DNA from: Lytechinus pictus | Taxonomy: Eukaryota | NCBI RefSeq assembly: GCF_037042905.1 | Contig: NC_087245.1 | Coordinates: 32,056,001 to 32,120,000 of the forward strand | DNA length: 64,000 nucleotides | Direction: 5' to 3' | In this document: positions 39,601-49,550 of the stretch, in pieces | Layout: every line of letters begins with the position of its first letter | How positions within the stretch are numbered: the first letter of the stretch is position 1 | Notes under the pieces: generated by a model | Told to the model about the DNA's origin: nothing | What the model saw: the letters and a program-made list of their open reading frames with translations, nothing else | The model's database searches: none | Translations under genes and position numbers: made by a program

Positions 39601-40541
39601 GATTACTTATGTATATTAATGATAGTAATCATTATAATGCTTTCTTTGCCCAGGGTAACCATTTCAGTTCTAATGAACCGTTCTCCAATGTGCCCTGCAT
39701 AACATAATGATATCATTACCCTTTACCGTTCTAAAATGCCCAGTGCCTGGCTAGAGGGCAGAACATCCCCTTTTTTAAATCTTTGGTATGAATCAATAGA
39801 CAATATTGACTCAATACTTTTTTTTAACGGAGAAAGTGAAACTAGAACATATGTGACTTCTCGAAAACATGACATATATGTCGGTGCATAAAAATAACGA
39901 ATTGGACTGCTACAAAATACTTTCGACATAAGATCATCTCCTCTGTGTATTCATTTGAAGGCATTTGTTGAGACGGTGCCTATAAGGAATGATGGATCCA
40001 CTGACCAGGGTAATAATAATATGTAAAATGCTTAGAAATGCAAAGTATAATGTAACTTCTATTTTTATTATCATAAAACCATAAGAAAGTATAATACTTA
40101 CACTAAAACATGATACAAGACTGCCATCCATCCTGTGGGTCTCTCCAGAAAGTTATATATCCTAGTTTGTACTTTCCTAAATCTTGCATCTCTCTTGGAA
40201 ACCCTGTAATTAAGTGGCTTTCCCAGCAGGCTCATCCGCTGCTGGGCCAGCCTGGCATGGGTGCTCGATGACCTCCCGTTCATCTTATTGAACTCCTGTT
40301 TGACTTTCTTACGCATCTCTGAATGTTCGTCATCGTCGAAGTCGTCTTCGTCCTCGTCCGCCACTCCCAGGAAGCCCACCCTGGCCCGTTGGGGTCGGCT
40401 GGACAGCGCAGACTTGTTGAGCTTCGTGGCGGTGGTCGTGGTCGTCTCGGTAGGGGCGTCATAGTCCGCTTGAGTGTCACTGCTGCCGCCCGGGTTAAGG
40501 GGTTGCATTTCTGTTTCGTCGACACCGCTATCGGCAGACAT
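2344..40541 (-). CDS. KCNQ: KCNQ/Kv7 voltage-gated potassium channel, KCNQ2-5 type (KCNQ4/5-like), 3'-partial. join(complement 40102..40541, 13813..13909, 12917..13043, 7513..7688, 6541..6669, 6010..6120, 5331..5426, 4566..4660, 2344..2543)
   Basis: Manual splicing gives one open frame with KCNQ signature motifs: [28 protein letters not shown]4 [65 protein letters not shown] and [12 protein letters not shown]. All introns are GT-AG and phases (2,0,1,0,0,0,0,2) chain correctly. Helices B-D were not found, so the gene likely continues left of the window. Confidence 0.97.
2940..3900 (+). repeat. Pyrimidine-rich repeat ending in a degenerate hammerhead-like motif; possible Penelope-like element remnant
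   Basis: Low-complexity C/T-rich body followed by gcct-cccacgaa-gattc-tgcta-ggatc-gaaagctt-aggc at 3841-3879. Boundaries approximate. Confidence 0.35.
4566..4660 (-). CDS. KCNQ: KCNQ coding exon 8 (helix A, calmodulin IQ-like motif)
   Basis: Acceptor cctttttcag; [31 protein letters not shown]; donor AG|gtgaat (read-through hits TGA at once); 95 nt, phase 2. Confidence 0.94.
5331..5426 (-). CDS. KCNQ: KCNQ coding exon 7 (end of S6, pre-helix A)
   Basis: Acceptor gatctgtag; [32 protein letters not shown]; donor CAG|gtaaat; 96 nt. Confidence 0.97.
5487..5780 (+). mobile_element. tRNA-derived SINE, family 1
   Basis: A box tggactagtgg, B box gttcgaatcc, core cactcgacccaggtgaggtgaatgggtacccggcagga, (TTA)n tail; six or more related copies in the window. 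Confidence 0.88.
6010..6120 (-). CDS. KCNQ: KCNQ coding exon 6 (selectivity filter and S6)
   Basis: Acceptor caatgcag; [37 protein letters not shown]; donor GCG|gtaagt; 111 nt. Confidence 0.98.
6541..6669 (-). CDS. KCNQ: KCNQ coding exon 5 (S5, turret, pore helix)
   Basis: Acceptor attcacag; [43 protein letters not shown]; donor CTG|gtgagt; 129 nt. Confidence 0.97.
7513..7688 (-). CDS. KCNQ: KCNQ coding exon 4 (S3, S4, S4-S5 linker)
   Basis: Acceptor tctctcacag; (D)[58 protein letters not shown]; donor CAG|gtttga; 176 nt. Confidence 0.97.
8116..8440. mobile_element. TIR MITE, internally deleted copy of the 26898 family
   Basis: Ends gacaacgttctcactaccttcctaaaactag / ctagttttttagaaggtataatgagaacgaggtc; TAA and TTA flanks. 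Confidence 0.8.
8497..8610. mobile_element. Short TIR MITE
   Basis: Inverted ends ctttcacaactg / cagttgtgaaag with cgatc-rich interior. Confidence 0.55.
9641..10631 (+). mobile_element. Helentron-associated (HINE, pearl/Tsp-like) element with internal tandem array
   Basis: 5' subterminal GTCTCGCC (9661-9668); five 130-175 bp units carrying TGACCTTTGACC-like motifs; degenerate 3' hairpin ctctcgc..gtgagac followed by an A run. Confidence 0.65.
11614..12165. repeat. Compound (CTA)n/(CTG)n microsatellite, about 550 bp
   Basis: Directly visible; produces the spurious poly-S/V/L/T ORFs. Confidence 0.98.
12917..13043 (-). CDS. KCNQ: KCNQ coding exon 3 (S2 and S2-S3 linker)
   Basis: Acceptor ttttcttgcag; [42 protein letters not shown]; donor G|gtaagt; 127 nt. 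Confidence 0.96.
13267..13560 (+). mobile_element. tRNA-derived SINE, family 1
   Basis: tggtctagtggttctgactct..gggtttgaatacc..cactccacccagg; tail runs into an ATT/CAT microsatellite. Confidence 0.8.
13536..13770. repeat. (ATT)n/(CAT)n microsatellite
   Basis: Directly visible; ends about 40 nt from the exon 2 donor. Confidence 0.95.
13813..13909 (-). CDS. KCNQ: KCNQ coding exon 2 (S1 and S1-S2 loop)
   Basis: Acceptor ttttctgcag; (V)[32 protein letters not shown]; donor CTG|gtaagt; 97 nt, phase 2 to 0. Confidence 0.92.
17490..18005. repeat. (TTA)n and (TAG)n microsatellites; main (TAG)n tract 17713-17990
   Basis: Directly visible. Confidence 0.97.
18300..18530. repeat. Diverged local direct duplication, period about 145 bp
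   Basis: aatcaataagata.gagacaggacc and atgagtcagtga each occur twice at the same spacing. Confidence 0.7.
20525..20941 (+). mobile_element. Related HINE/pearl-like element, 5'-truncated
   Basis: Two 181-bp tandem units, gacggacgac microsatellite remnant, and a 3' hairpin GTCTCGCC-ttcacctctggtg-GGCGAGAC followed by AAAAA. Confidence 0.7.
22123..22281. mobile_element. Harbinger-like MITE, family B, CTG TSD
   Basis: Ends ggccccattgcataaaa / ttttatgcaatgggcc; CTG on both sides; internal palindromy. Confidence 0.8.
22285..22455. mobile_element. Harbinger-like palindromic MITE, family A
   Basis: About 70-bp arms gtttcataaagctgttcgtaagttaagagcgactttaagaa.gactggtgatcctttctt and its reverse complement; CWG flanks. 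Confidence 0.9.
22540..23255 (+). mobile_element. Degenerate family-1 SINE interrupted by a MITE
   Basis: gtagtggtt..gggttcaaatcc..cctaggtgagg..cctggcaggatt, interrupted at 22709-23130, then the 3' part resumes. Confidence 0.65.
22709..23130. mobile_element. MITE with perfect 14-bp TIR and 6-bp TSD, nested in a SINE
   Basis: CAGACCTGCCAACC / GGTTGGCAGGTCTG; GTGCAC at 22703-22708 and 23131-23136; subterminal aaaacgtact/tgtatt repeats. Confidence 0.9.
24273..24590. mobile_element. Degraded hAT-like MITE
   Basis: Starts cagaggcggatctggagggggggggcaca; ends tgtgccccccctc..ggaaaatc; repeated gcttgtcaaat. Confidence 0.5.
25610..25852. mobile_element. Foldback MITE with CACTG ends (CACTA/EnSpm-like), 2-bp TSD
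   Basis: About 80-bp inverted arms CACTGCAAAAACGCCGGTG.. / ..CACCGGCGTTTTTGCAGTG; CA on both sides; aacacc/ggtgtt-rich. Degraded relatives near 28200-28420, 58700-58885 and 59830-60070. Confidence 0.88.
26898..27346. mobile_element. TIR MITE, Harbinger-like, 3-bp flanks
   Basis: Ends gacaccattctcactaccttcctaaaactagttta / taaactagttttagaaagcgtaatgagaacggcctc; ATA on both sides; internal aagcgatctt repeats; homologous to 8116-8440. Confidence 0.82.
28587..29211. mobile_element. TIR element whose right end is tandemly duplicated (129-bp period)
   Basis: Left arm aaatttaaacagcaacatgaatcatg at about 28610 is inverted at about 29020 and again at about 29150; 28956-29082 is repeated at 29085-29211. 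Confidence 0.8.
29755..30272. mobile_element. Non-autonomous DNA element with imperfect inverted ends
   Basis: ggggggtat..tgatacctatgtgccgcg versus cgtggcacatacgtatca..gtacccc; internal ggggtctctggaa repeats; GC-rich core. Confidence 0.55.
30478..31115. mobile_element. CpG-rich probable DNA transposon derivative
   Basis: Sharp composition shift; starts tagagacctttcg and ends near cgaaagc; repeated ctgtgacgagcc and gaacgagcg. Confidence 0.4.
31792..32041. mobile_element. Foldback-like AT-rich element with ttaaacaa repeats and CAGTG right end
   Basis: Quasi-palindromic array of tttaaacaac/gtttaa motifs ending ttttacagtg. Confidence 0.6.
33585..33655. repeat. (TTA)n microsatellite
   Basis: Directly visible. 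Confidence 0.95.
34996..35426. mobile_element. Second copy of the 425-829 MITE family
   Basis: Shares long blocks such as ttttctaagttgtt..catgtattttcagtataaaaacaataatgtaaaa and gatatgcaacaaa..taacagattc; ends ggaaccctg; centre differs. Confidence 0.85.
35515..35780 (+). mobile_element. tRNA-derived SINE, family 2 (central domain resembles MetaSINE-type core)
   Basis: A box tggctcagttgt, B box ggttcaaacc, then cagaccaaaagacgttaaaagatgggagttgctgctaccctgtttggcgttcaac. Core assignment is from memory and needs a library search. Confidence 0.7.
36035..36245 (-). mobile_element. tRNA-derived SINE, family 1-related
   Basis: Reverse complement reads tggtgtagcggttctgactcttgcc..gggtcgtgtgttcaaatccc..ctctccacccaggtattaaattggtacctggtagga. 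Confidence 0.75.
36286..36453. mobile_element. Harbinger-like palindromic MITE, family A
   Basis: Near-identical to 22285-22455. Confidence 0.9.
39620..39760 (-). mobile_element. 3' fragment of family-1 SINE
   Basis: cccagggtaaccatttcagttc..gttctccaatgtgccctgc is the reverse complement of the 3' part of the 5487 copy. Confidence 0.55.
40102..40541 (-). CDS. KCNQ: KCNQ coding exon 1 (N-terminus to start of S1)
   Basis: ATG at 40541 in context caaa[11 protein letters not shown]...[45 protein letters not shown](V); donor GT|gtaagt at 40101; 440 nt, phase 2. Confidence 0.95.
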
Positions 40542-40857
40542 TTTGACAATGCACGGTCGAGTGTCCTGTTGGGTGCCAGCTTGAACTGGTTACCCTCCAC
40601 ATCGGATGCAGAAAAATGGCTCGATTCCTCAGCAAAAACTAGGAAGAGGAAACTACTTTAAAGCGTGCCACAGCACTGTCCTTGCTCCAACGACAAGTTT
40701 CTAAGTTTGATGATTGACTTTATCATATATCAGAGTTTTCATAGTCAAATTTATTATTCACTACAATCACTTCATCCTGTGTTCCCTCTTTCCTTCAGGT
40801 TGGAAGTCACTTGTGTAAGTCCACGGTAATTTGGTCAGTCTTCTGATGATGGAGTAT
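40542..40857 (-). other. KCNQ: Probable 5'UTR portion of the first coding exon
   Basis: Strong acceptor tttttattttcag| immediately upstream of 40857; non-repetitive sequence contiguous with the ATG. Confidence 0.65.
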
Positions 40858-41019
40858 CTGAAAATAAAAATCACCATGACATTATTGAAGATAGCATTTT
40901 GTTTTTCTCTATTTTAAAATCATTACCACTAAGAAAGGGAAGCAGGTTAAATAAGATGCTATCAGGCTGACTCGAACTTTGAGACTATGAGGAATTCCCT
41001 GATTGGGAAACTTATCCTG

Positions 41020-41190
41020 GTGGGTGTTTCATAAAGCTGTTTGTAAGATAAGAGCGACTTTAAGAACGACGGGTGAACCTTTCTTTTGGTAAATGGTATT
41101 TTCATTGTCAATGCTTTAGTGCCTAAGCAAGGATCACCAGTCGTTCTTAAAGTTGCTCTTAACTTACAAACAGCTTTATGAAACGGCCCC
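41020..41190. mobile_element. Harbinger-like palindromic MITE, family A (opposite orientation), CTG TSD
   Basis: Same arms; CTG at 41017-41019 and 41191-41193. Confidence 0.9.
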
Positions 41191-41218
41191 CTGATCTACT
41201 CTTATCAGAAAATACCAG

Positions 41219-41381
41219 GTGGGTGTTTCATAAAGCTGTTCGTAAAGTTACTTTTGGTATGACTGGAACATGTTCTTAGGTCATAACTCAATTACATAGG
41301 GGTATCACATAGCACAAGAAAGGATCACCGGTCGTGCGTAAAGTCATTCGTATCTTAAGAACAGCTTTATGAAACACCAAC
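41219..41381. mobile_element. Harbinger-like MITE, family A subfamily, CAG TSD
   Basis: Ends gtgggtgtttcataaagctgttc / gaacagctttatgaaacaccaac; CAG on both sides. Confidence 0.85.
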
Positions 41382-42095
41382 CAGGTATTTTTGCCAGTGT
41401 GAATCAAAATTCCTTGATATGTGAGGAGTTAGAAAGAGGATCGGAGGGTGGATGTGTGGTTTGTCCAGGACTACATGGAAGAGGCAGAAAGGAAGAGAAT
41501 AGGAGGGTTGGGTTGAGGATGGACTAAATCAGGCAAAGTGGAGGGAGGGGGTAAGGGCAATTGGCTGCAATTGTGAGGTGATTCCGGCCACCCCCGTTCA
41601 AGGGGGCAAAACTGGGTTTATAAGTCCGGAATGATGATGATTCCCAAAAGAAAATAAATGCTACATAGTAAGTAATCTCAATTTTTAAAGGTCTTGGGTA
41701 TTTTGGCACTGTGAAAACAATCAGGAGCATTATCCTATCACAGTAGAAAGCACACTGAGCACCTTGAGGGGCTTCATTTGCTTGCTTAATGATCACAATT
41801 ATGAAAGCTTTATAAAAAAAGGGTCTTTGTTTGGTACGAATGCAGAAAATAACTACTGCTCATTTTGAGGCCTGGACAAGTTTGTGTAAATTAATGGGTA
41901 TTTTGGTAATAGAGTCAGTATGAAAGCACCTAGAAAAAAACATTGGAATTTTTATTTATTACAAGAGAGAAGGACATGGGAGTGGGCCTGACAAACAATG
42001 CTAGAAGCAGTGTATTGTAAACAGAATGATCAACAGATTCGATATGAGAGGGAGAGAGTACAATTGCTTTTTTTTTTTCATTTTTCTTTTTCTAA

Positions 42096-42303
42096 GGTTC
42101 CATGACATTTGCTCCGGCGACAATTGCTTCGATAGAAAATCTGCATGTTAAGCCAAACATAAAAACCAATATCCAAAACTAAATAAACCCTAAACCTTAC
42201 ATTATTATGAACCAAAAGCTCTTAAACAATCCTAACTTTAACCCTGTGCTCTCTGAGATATTAAGACAGGAGCAAATGTCACAGGAGCAAATGTCGTGGA
42301 ACC
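42096..42303. mobile_element. TIR MITE (possibly Merlin-like) with aaccct-rich interior
   Basis: Ends GGTTCCATGACATTTGCTCC / GGAGCAAATGTCGTGGAACC; relatives at about 54175-54347 and 55119-55900. Confidence 0.8.
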
Positions 42304-42337
42304 TCTTCTACAGAGAATATCAAAAGATTGCACAACT

Positions 42338-42487
42338 TGGGTCCCGTTACATAGAGCCTTGTTATAATAACTAATGCACAATTTCTGTAACAAATTTACA
42401 ATCAGCCAATAAGATTGAATGATTTCAATAGATTTGAACTGTTATTGCAAATTTGCTATTATAACAAGTTATATGAAACTGGCCCTT
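42338..42487. mobile_element. Harbinger-like MITE related to family B
   Basis: Ends gggtcccgttacata..cttgttataata / tattataacaagttatatgaaactggccc. Confidence 0.6.
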
Positions 42488-42496
42488 GCATCTCAC

Positions 42497-42586
42497 TTGG
42501 GCAAAAGAGCTTCTTGAAGAATGAAATGTCCTTCAGATGATGTCCCTGTCAATGTGCTCGCTCAAATACGAAATTGTTGAGTAAAC
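42497..42586 (-). other. Candidate non-coding 5'UTR exon (90 nt)
   Basis: Long pyrimidine tract ending ctctttttacag| and donor CAA|gtgaga; same strand as KCNQ. Confidence 0.45.
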
Positions 42587-45500
42587 CTGTAAAAAGAGAT
42601 AACGGGTAGAGAAAGAAATAAAGAGAGAGAGAGAGTAGGAAAGAGACAGAATGACAGGGAAGTGCATGTACAGAAAGAAGAGAGAATGGGAGAGAAAGAT
42701 AGAGCCACAGGGAGAGAAAAAAGGGCAAAAATTATGGAATGAAAGATGAATTAAGTGGACTTACATTTCAGTAACCCAACCGCCCCCAAATAAAGTAAAT
42801 TATAAACACATATATTTCTGCCCTTGGCTGCATTATTTGTATTGTTGTCATTGTATACATTTTGAAAATAAATAAACAATGAATAGGTCAATATTTCATT
42901 TTTGCACTTGATCACCGAGCATTTAAATTACAAACACTTAAATTTGTAATTTGTAAGACGGTACTTACTACAAATCATTCTAAGAATAGAAGAATATCTT
43001 ACAAGGAAACACTTTCGTCCAAAATATAATTTATATTCGAAAGCTATATAGCTGGTAAATATAAATGCATAAAACTTATGAAAAGAATGAATTTAAAACA
43101 AACTCTTTTCCAGGAATTAGAGAGGAAAATAGAAAGGAACAAAAAATGGAGAAAAAAAATTAAAAGGAAAGAGGCAAGCAAACAGGCAGAAAGAGAGGCA
43201 GAGACAGAGGCAGTGAGATAGAACAGAAAGAGAGAAAAAAGAGACAGACGGACAGAGGCAGACAAAGTTGGCACAGGTGATCAATTCTGCTAATAGATAA
43301 AATTGTCATCATTCCCATGTGCCATTTTAGTTGCCTTTTCATCCTCTTTGCAACAATAATAATACAAATATTAATTCCTCTAAAAAATGCAGCTCCTGTT
43401 ATCAATAAGATTGATTAAAGCCTTGCATCATAGATAAATGAAGGTCTGATAAAGGCTTAGACTAAACATACAGCGATAATGTATAAGAACAAACAACACA
43501 TGAAGACTAAACACACTGTCCTGGCTTGAATAAATAATATCATTCAAAGAGAGAAATGAAAAAGAGTTTCTTCTTTTGATAAGAAGACATCCTAAGCCCG
43601 TTAAAAGGTCTCTACGTCACTTTCGCTTTTCCTCACTCTGTATCCTGTTTGTATTCAAGACATCGCTGGATGCCAGCACCCATCAAAGGCCGTCATGTCA
43701 CTTGACGACCTACCGCTCGTTCCCCCCGTGGGAAATTCCGCATCAACACATTTTACGAAACATTTGAGGACTAATTCTTATCTGGAGGGCCCGAGTCTGC
43801 CCCTCGCATTGAATACATGAGGTGTGCAGCCGTGACTACACATCCAAATCATCGTAAAATTGAAGGTTTTTTATTCTTCTCCTTGACTCATCTGGTGTAC
43901 CAGGATAACTTGAACCAAACAACGCTCTACTTGAGTACACTAGAATGTGACAAGATGCTTCGAGCACACGCCGACTTTCTTATTTGTATGTGATGTCATG
44001 TTCGCATGAATCCCTCTGATCCTGGCATCAAAAATATCTTTCCTGCGTTGCCAATTTGAATTACTCTCTTGAGTGATTTCAGGCCAAATACAAATAACTT
44101 GGGAATAGCTCTGACTGACATGCAGACATGCGTTGAAGGTAATTTGCGATATATTTCTCGGAGTTATGCCATTAACTCGTCTACATGAAATTAATTAGAC
44201 AATGAGAATATAAATAAAAAATTACAAAGCTAATCTTTCTACATCATAAAAGAAATGAATGACTCCATCTAAGCCCCTTATTTTTAAACTCCAATTGTTG
44301 AATTGTGTTCACAGGACTCGGTAATGTTTAATCGAGTCTGAAAATGAGAATGTTAATTTTCAGTAGCACTGTGGAATACTATACGACTCTACCGAAATAT
44401 AAATAGAAACAAAAATAATTAAATAACAATAAAAGTAATAAAGTAAAGATAAATTAAAAAAGAACTCCTTTTAAAGTTGTATTTCAATCCTAAATCTGTT
44501 TGAATTCTTATAAAAATTCTTCTGTGATATTCACCTAATGTAAAATTAGTCATGTTAAGGAGAAAATATGATAGCCACCATATTATTTGATTTCAGGGGT
44601 AGTTTTATCCCATGTCTTTTGCCTATTCAGGAATAAAAGACGGGCTATTGTTACTCAAAACACGTATTGCATTAGCTCAAAATCACGGCTGAGATTTACC
44701 GCCGTCGGCATCGTCATGATCGTCATGAAAGACAACCCTGTCACGGGAGTACAAAAATCACATCATTTCACCTCCTCTCTCTCCTTCAGGAAAATAGATC
44801 AAAACATGAGTAGCATAACATCATCCTGTTGGTGCCTGGGTAAATCCCACGTATAACACCTTTCACAATAATATGGGTCTAGGGGTAATGAAGATGAAAT
44901 GAGTTTTGATCAAGTTTGATAGTGTTGTCAGCTCTAGTTGCGCAAACAAGCCTCATTTCCACGTTCATAATCTGGTTTCTACAAGCCCTGATTGCCTCAA
45001 TTCGATCACGAATTTGCCCCACTGTATTCGGGGGTGACCCCTTACTTTTGGCTTTAGGTCATCAAAGAGCCATTGAAGAAGTAGAGTTGAAGCTCATCCA
45101 TGGCATGCTTTACATCAACATTTTCTTCTTTTTTCCTTTATTCTCACTCTCGAGCTATTTCTCTGGAATCCCCTCCCCATTATTTCTTCCTACTTCTCAT
45201 TTAATTTCTATTCCAGTGTGTCCACTATCTCTTTCCTTTTATCTCTTCTATATTTTACTTGTTGGTATTCATTGCCATCATTATTTTATTGTATCAACAA
45301 TGTAAGTTTAGAATATTTTTCACTTTAATTTGTACTTGTGTAAAAATGTATTGCGACAAAAATATTTTTAAAACTATCACATTTAAAAATATTAATGGGA
45401 TATGGAGAATTCCCTCTTTTAATTGCATTTTGCATGTAGCATATAGTGGTAGGGTTTCAAACTTACGTATGACTTATACAGAATTCATGCAACATAATTG

Positions 45501-47514
45501 CTTTAGACCTTCATAAATGCATTTTTCTCTGGAGGGTATTTGCATGGTCTATGGGATTACAAACCCATTACATGGTCCATTTAGAGAAAAATAAAGACAT
45601 TAAAACAGAGATTGAGTGCAGGATGTATGAAGCTATAATTCCGTTCAATATTGTAATGACTGCAGCATTGCCTTCACAAATTACATTTCAATGTCTTTCT
45701 GTTAAAACAAAAGGTTACATTTTCCAGATACATAAAACTGAAGCTCATGGAAAATACAATTACCCAATTTCACATAACCCTAAGGAGCAACATTCTCTTA
45801 AAACTGTTTTTAAGTTATAGAGTACAGTAAGCTTGTTATGACAGATTCACCTAGTTAGATTAATTATCTCACTTTTTTTCAACATTCCTATATATATATA
45901 ATAATTTTTATAAATGTTTTGTAGCCCGTTACATCTCAAACTTGCTACTATTTGAACATTAAAAAAAAAGATATATATTTATATCTTTCCTCAGTACAAA
46001 TTCTTATTTTCCTATTAAAACAAAAATGGATTTATTCAATTTAATAATAGAAATGCAAGCACTATTTCAGAAACAGAACTTTGATATTCCATGCTTATTT
46101 TATTTCATTTCAAGAGCAGTGTACTTTAACAACATATCTTATTGTCTTTTTTAAATTTAGAAACCCCCGCCAAGTGACTTTTTAATATACTTTTAAATAT
46201 TTTTTTTGCTCACACATGCATGAATGAATCATAAAAGTTAAAGTTACACAAGATGAAAGGGAGACTCTATGCTTTACAATCATTGGTCATTTGGAGGATA
46301 TATTTGTGATTAAGATAAAGTATCAATAACTCTTGATTTCATATTTTCTGGGACACACTCTATAATTCACTAGTAACTTTAAGTCTATAGCAAATCATAT
46401 GCAACATTTTTTAATTATATTATTTATTAGGTTTAATAAATCATCAAAAAATTTTGTTTTGTTTTTTTCTTGGATGCACTGCATTGCCTTATCTATGTGA
46501 CAGGGCCCTCGTCTTCTTCTGCACCTACCAAACCAACATCGTAAGATTGCATGTGGAGGTCTGAAGCTCCAAGACTAATGATGCGATCATCAAACCAAGT
46601 TGCTTCTCTAAACAGTCATTACAAGTACTCTCACCTTAACTTTACATCCCTCTCGACTCTAGCCAAATAGCAGCCATATTACCAAGAATAAAGGGCACTA
46701 AGGGACCTCCCACACAAGATTAATAAAATCAAAGTGATATAAGCTGTCCTGATGTAAAAAAGGGTGTTATATTAAACCCTTCAAGGACTACGTTGACATT
46801 TTGGTGTTTTGATGAGGTGATGTAAATTCTTTCAGAGAAATACAAAATTATCACCATGAATATTGGATAGGTTATCAATTTGGATATTTGAAAACTAGGA
46901 ATATTTAAAGTATGCTGAAATAGGCATAGGTAATGCATCTGGCAGACTTCAGAGAAGAGGACATAGGAATAGGTAAAAAAAAGAGCAAAACTAATGATCA
47001 AGTTAAGAGCAGAGTGTAAGAATTCCACATTTTATATTGAATCATACATATGCTTAATAGTATTAACTAACTACAAAATGACCTCCCCCAATAAAAAAAT
47101 AATGATAATAATAAAAAATAGAGAAAAAAATACAATAAAATACAATACAATACAATTAAAATACAATAAATAGATAAAGTTATCATAATGAAAGAATAAA
47201 ATTAAAAAAAAATTGTAAAAGAATAATTTAATCAAGAACGAAGAAGAAAATGTGGGGAAAAAAGGAAGCAACAAATCCGTATCAGTACATGATATTTTTC
47301 CACTCTTCCTCATGAAATATGCTTTTCTGCCATTTAGCAGCCAGAGTTCAATTCTACAGACCACTGGCATTCTCATCTCAAAGGGCAAATGGAAAGGAGA
47401 AGTATGGAAGCATTCTTGAGAGCTTATGCCTGAAAGCAATACATACTGATATGGAGCATAACCAATACCACTTGATCTACATCACCACCAAACATACGGG
47501 AACATCCAAAACAG

Positions 47515-47685
47515 GTGGGTGTTCTATAAAGCTGTTCGTCAGTTAAGAGCAACTTTAAGAACGACTGGTGAACCTTTCTCACTCGCTAAATAATCACCGA
47601 TGAACATTTAATGGTCAATATCATTTACCACAACAAAGGATCACCAGTCGTTCTTAACTTACTAACATCTGAATGAAACGGCCCG
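47515..47685. mobile_element. Harbinger-like palindromic MITE, family A, degraded
   Basis: Same arm sequence with deletions; another partial copy lies near 6891-7000. Confidence 0.8.
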
Positions 47686-48402
47686 AGCGCAAGACTTCTC
47701 TGATCCTCATGTCAAGTTGAATCAGAGATGTCAACCTTCTTTGACCAAAAAATATTCTTAGAAGAAAAAAAAGAGTGACTCAACTGTAATTATACATGCA
47801 ATATATTGTAAAATTGCCTTTTTTTTGGGGGGGGGGGGCCTTTTTATCACTGATTTAATTATGTATTGTATCTTCTGAAACACTGAAACATTGCAATGTT
47901 AATTACCGGTATGATATGTTTAATTATTGATATTGATTTATGCATATGTGTATGTTTTTATGTCTTTATTATTCCCATTTTTGGACAAAGAAAAGAGCAT
48001 TTTAACAAAAAACGAGGATTTGTTTAATTTCTCTCACTGTAATGATCACTGGTGCCAGCCTGTAGCTGTTGGATGACACACCAAAACAACGCGGTAAGGG
48101 GCTAAAGCGATATGTGCGTCTGGTCACTGTGAATAACCATGCTTGCCCCAAACCAATCGTAGGTGTTCTTGCCCAATCTACATATTATGCATAATACATA
48201 ACTATTGCACATACTCCACGATCAGAATTTTAAATTTACATAGTAACAACACATACAAAAAAGGTATTGTCATATTCATAGCAAATAGGGTACATCTATA
48301 TATAAAAAACAGTTTATTCACGCAAAATGAAAAAATGTGGCTAAAAAAAGGAGAGGAATGGTTGGCATATGTCGAATACCACTCCCATCAAGTTCTCAAT
48401 TT

Positions 48403-48496
48403 ATAATAATAATAATAATAACATTTGTAGGGCGCTTTATACTGGTGTTTCAAAGCGCACAGGTTGGCAGGTTATATTAATATACAGTCAATCGGT

Positions 48497-48530
<34 letters not shown>

Positions 48531-48612
48531 ATGAGAAAAGGTGAGCTTTAAGTGACGATTTGAAAATTTCTACGGAGGGAGCATTTTGGATATGAATTGG
48601 GAGTTTATTGCT
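48403..48612 (-). mobile_element. 3' end of an L2/CR1-group LINE
   Basis: Minus-strand translation NKLPIHIQNAPSVEIFKSSLKAHLFS* matches the ORF2 C-terminal motif WNxLPxxIRxAxSxxxFKxxLKTHLF; followed by a 3'UTR (gcgctttg..aagcgccctacaaatg) and a (TTA)n tail. Confidence 0.8.
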
Positions 48613-49189
48613 GTTTTAGAGATCCTGGCACATTATTTAAATACATCCTTGTAATTTTTGAATATTTTTATAGTTATTTTCAAATGATGCCAAATAATTG
48701 CTAAATAATTCGATGATTTCTGTTTCTTGTTTAATCAAACTCTATACGTATACCAGATGTTATCATGGTGGACTTCCTGTTCAATGCCCTATGCTTATCT
48801 ACTGGAACATCTAAGGTTTAGTTTTCCCAATGCATTGACGCTTGGGGAAAGAAGCGTTTGTCTGACTTGCGGAATGGAGTTACATTTCCTTATTTCATTA
48901 CAAAGACTTCCCACAATGCTGCTGTCCTTGCAGGTCTATGGCCGTTTGTCTTTCTTATGCCATCTACTGTTCATCATTTATTAAATCAACCTTGGTTTCA
49001 ACCTAGTATTGAATACAATGCACCCTACAAACAAATGAGATAAATGAATCAGACTGAAAGACTAGAAACTGAACGGTTTTGCAGAGAAAGAAATGAGGAC
49101 TTTAAAGATGTGATTTGATATATTTCTCATTTGCAATTTACATTTAATATCTCATATGAAAAGTGAAAAAGGGATTTTTTTAACTTTTG

Positions 49190-49550
49190 ATTTCATTTAT
49201 TTATTTATTTATTTATTCATTCATTTATGTATTTATTTATTTATTCATCTATTTATTTATTTATTTCTTCATTTATCAATTAATTTATTTGTCTAGTTAT
49301 TGTATAATCAACTGATTTATTTATTTATTTATTTATTTTATTATTTTTTATTCATTCATTCATTTATTCATTTATTTATTTATTTATTTATTCATTCATG
49401 TGTGTATGTATGTGTATGAATGTATGTATGTATATATTCATTCATTCATTTCTTCATTTATTTATTGATTTATTTATTCATTCATGTGTGTATGTATGTA
49501 TGTATGTGTGTATGAATGTATGTATGTATATATTCATTCATTCATTTATC
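49190..49550. repeat. (ATTT)n/(ATTC)n/(GTAT)n compound tetranucleotide microsatellite
   Basis: Directly visible. Confidence 0.95.

Noticed and set aside
40261..40661. Antisense and alternative-frame ORFs over exon 1 (also 2285-2581 over exon 9)
   Set aside because: Shadow ORFs of GC-rich coding sequence with no recognisable protein features.
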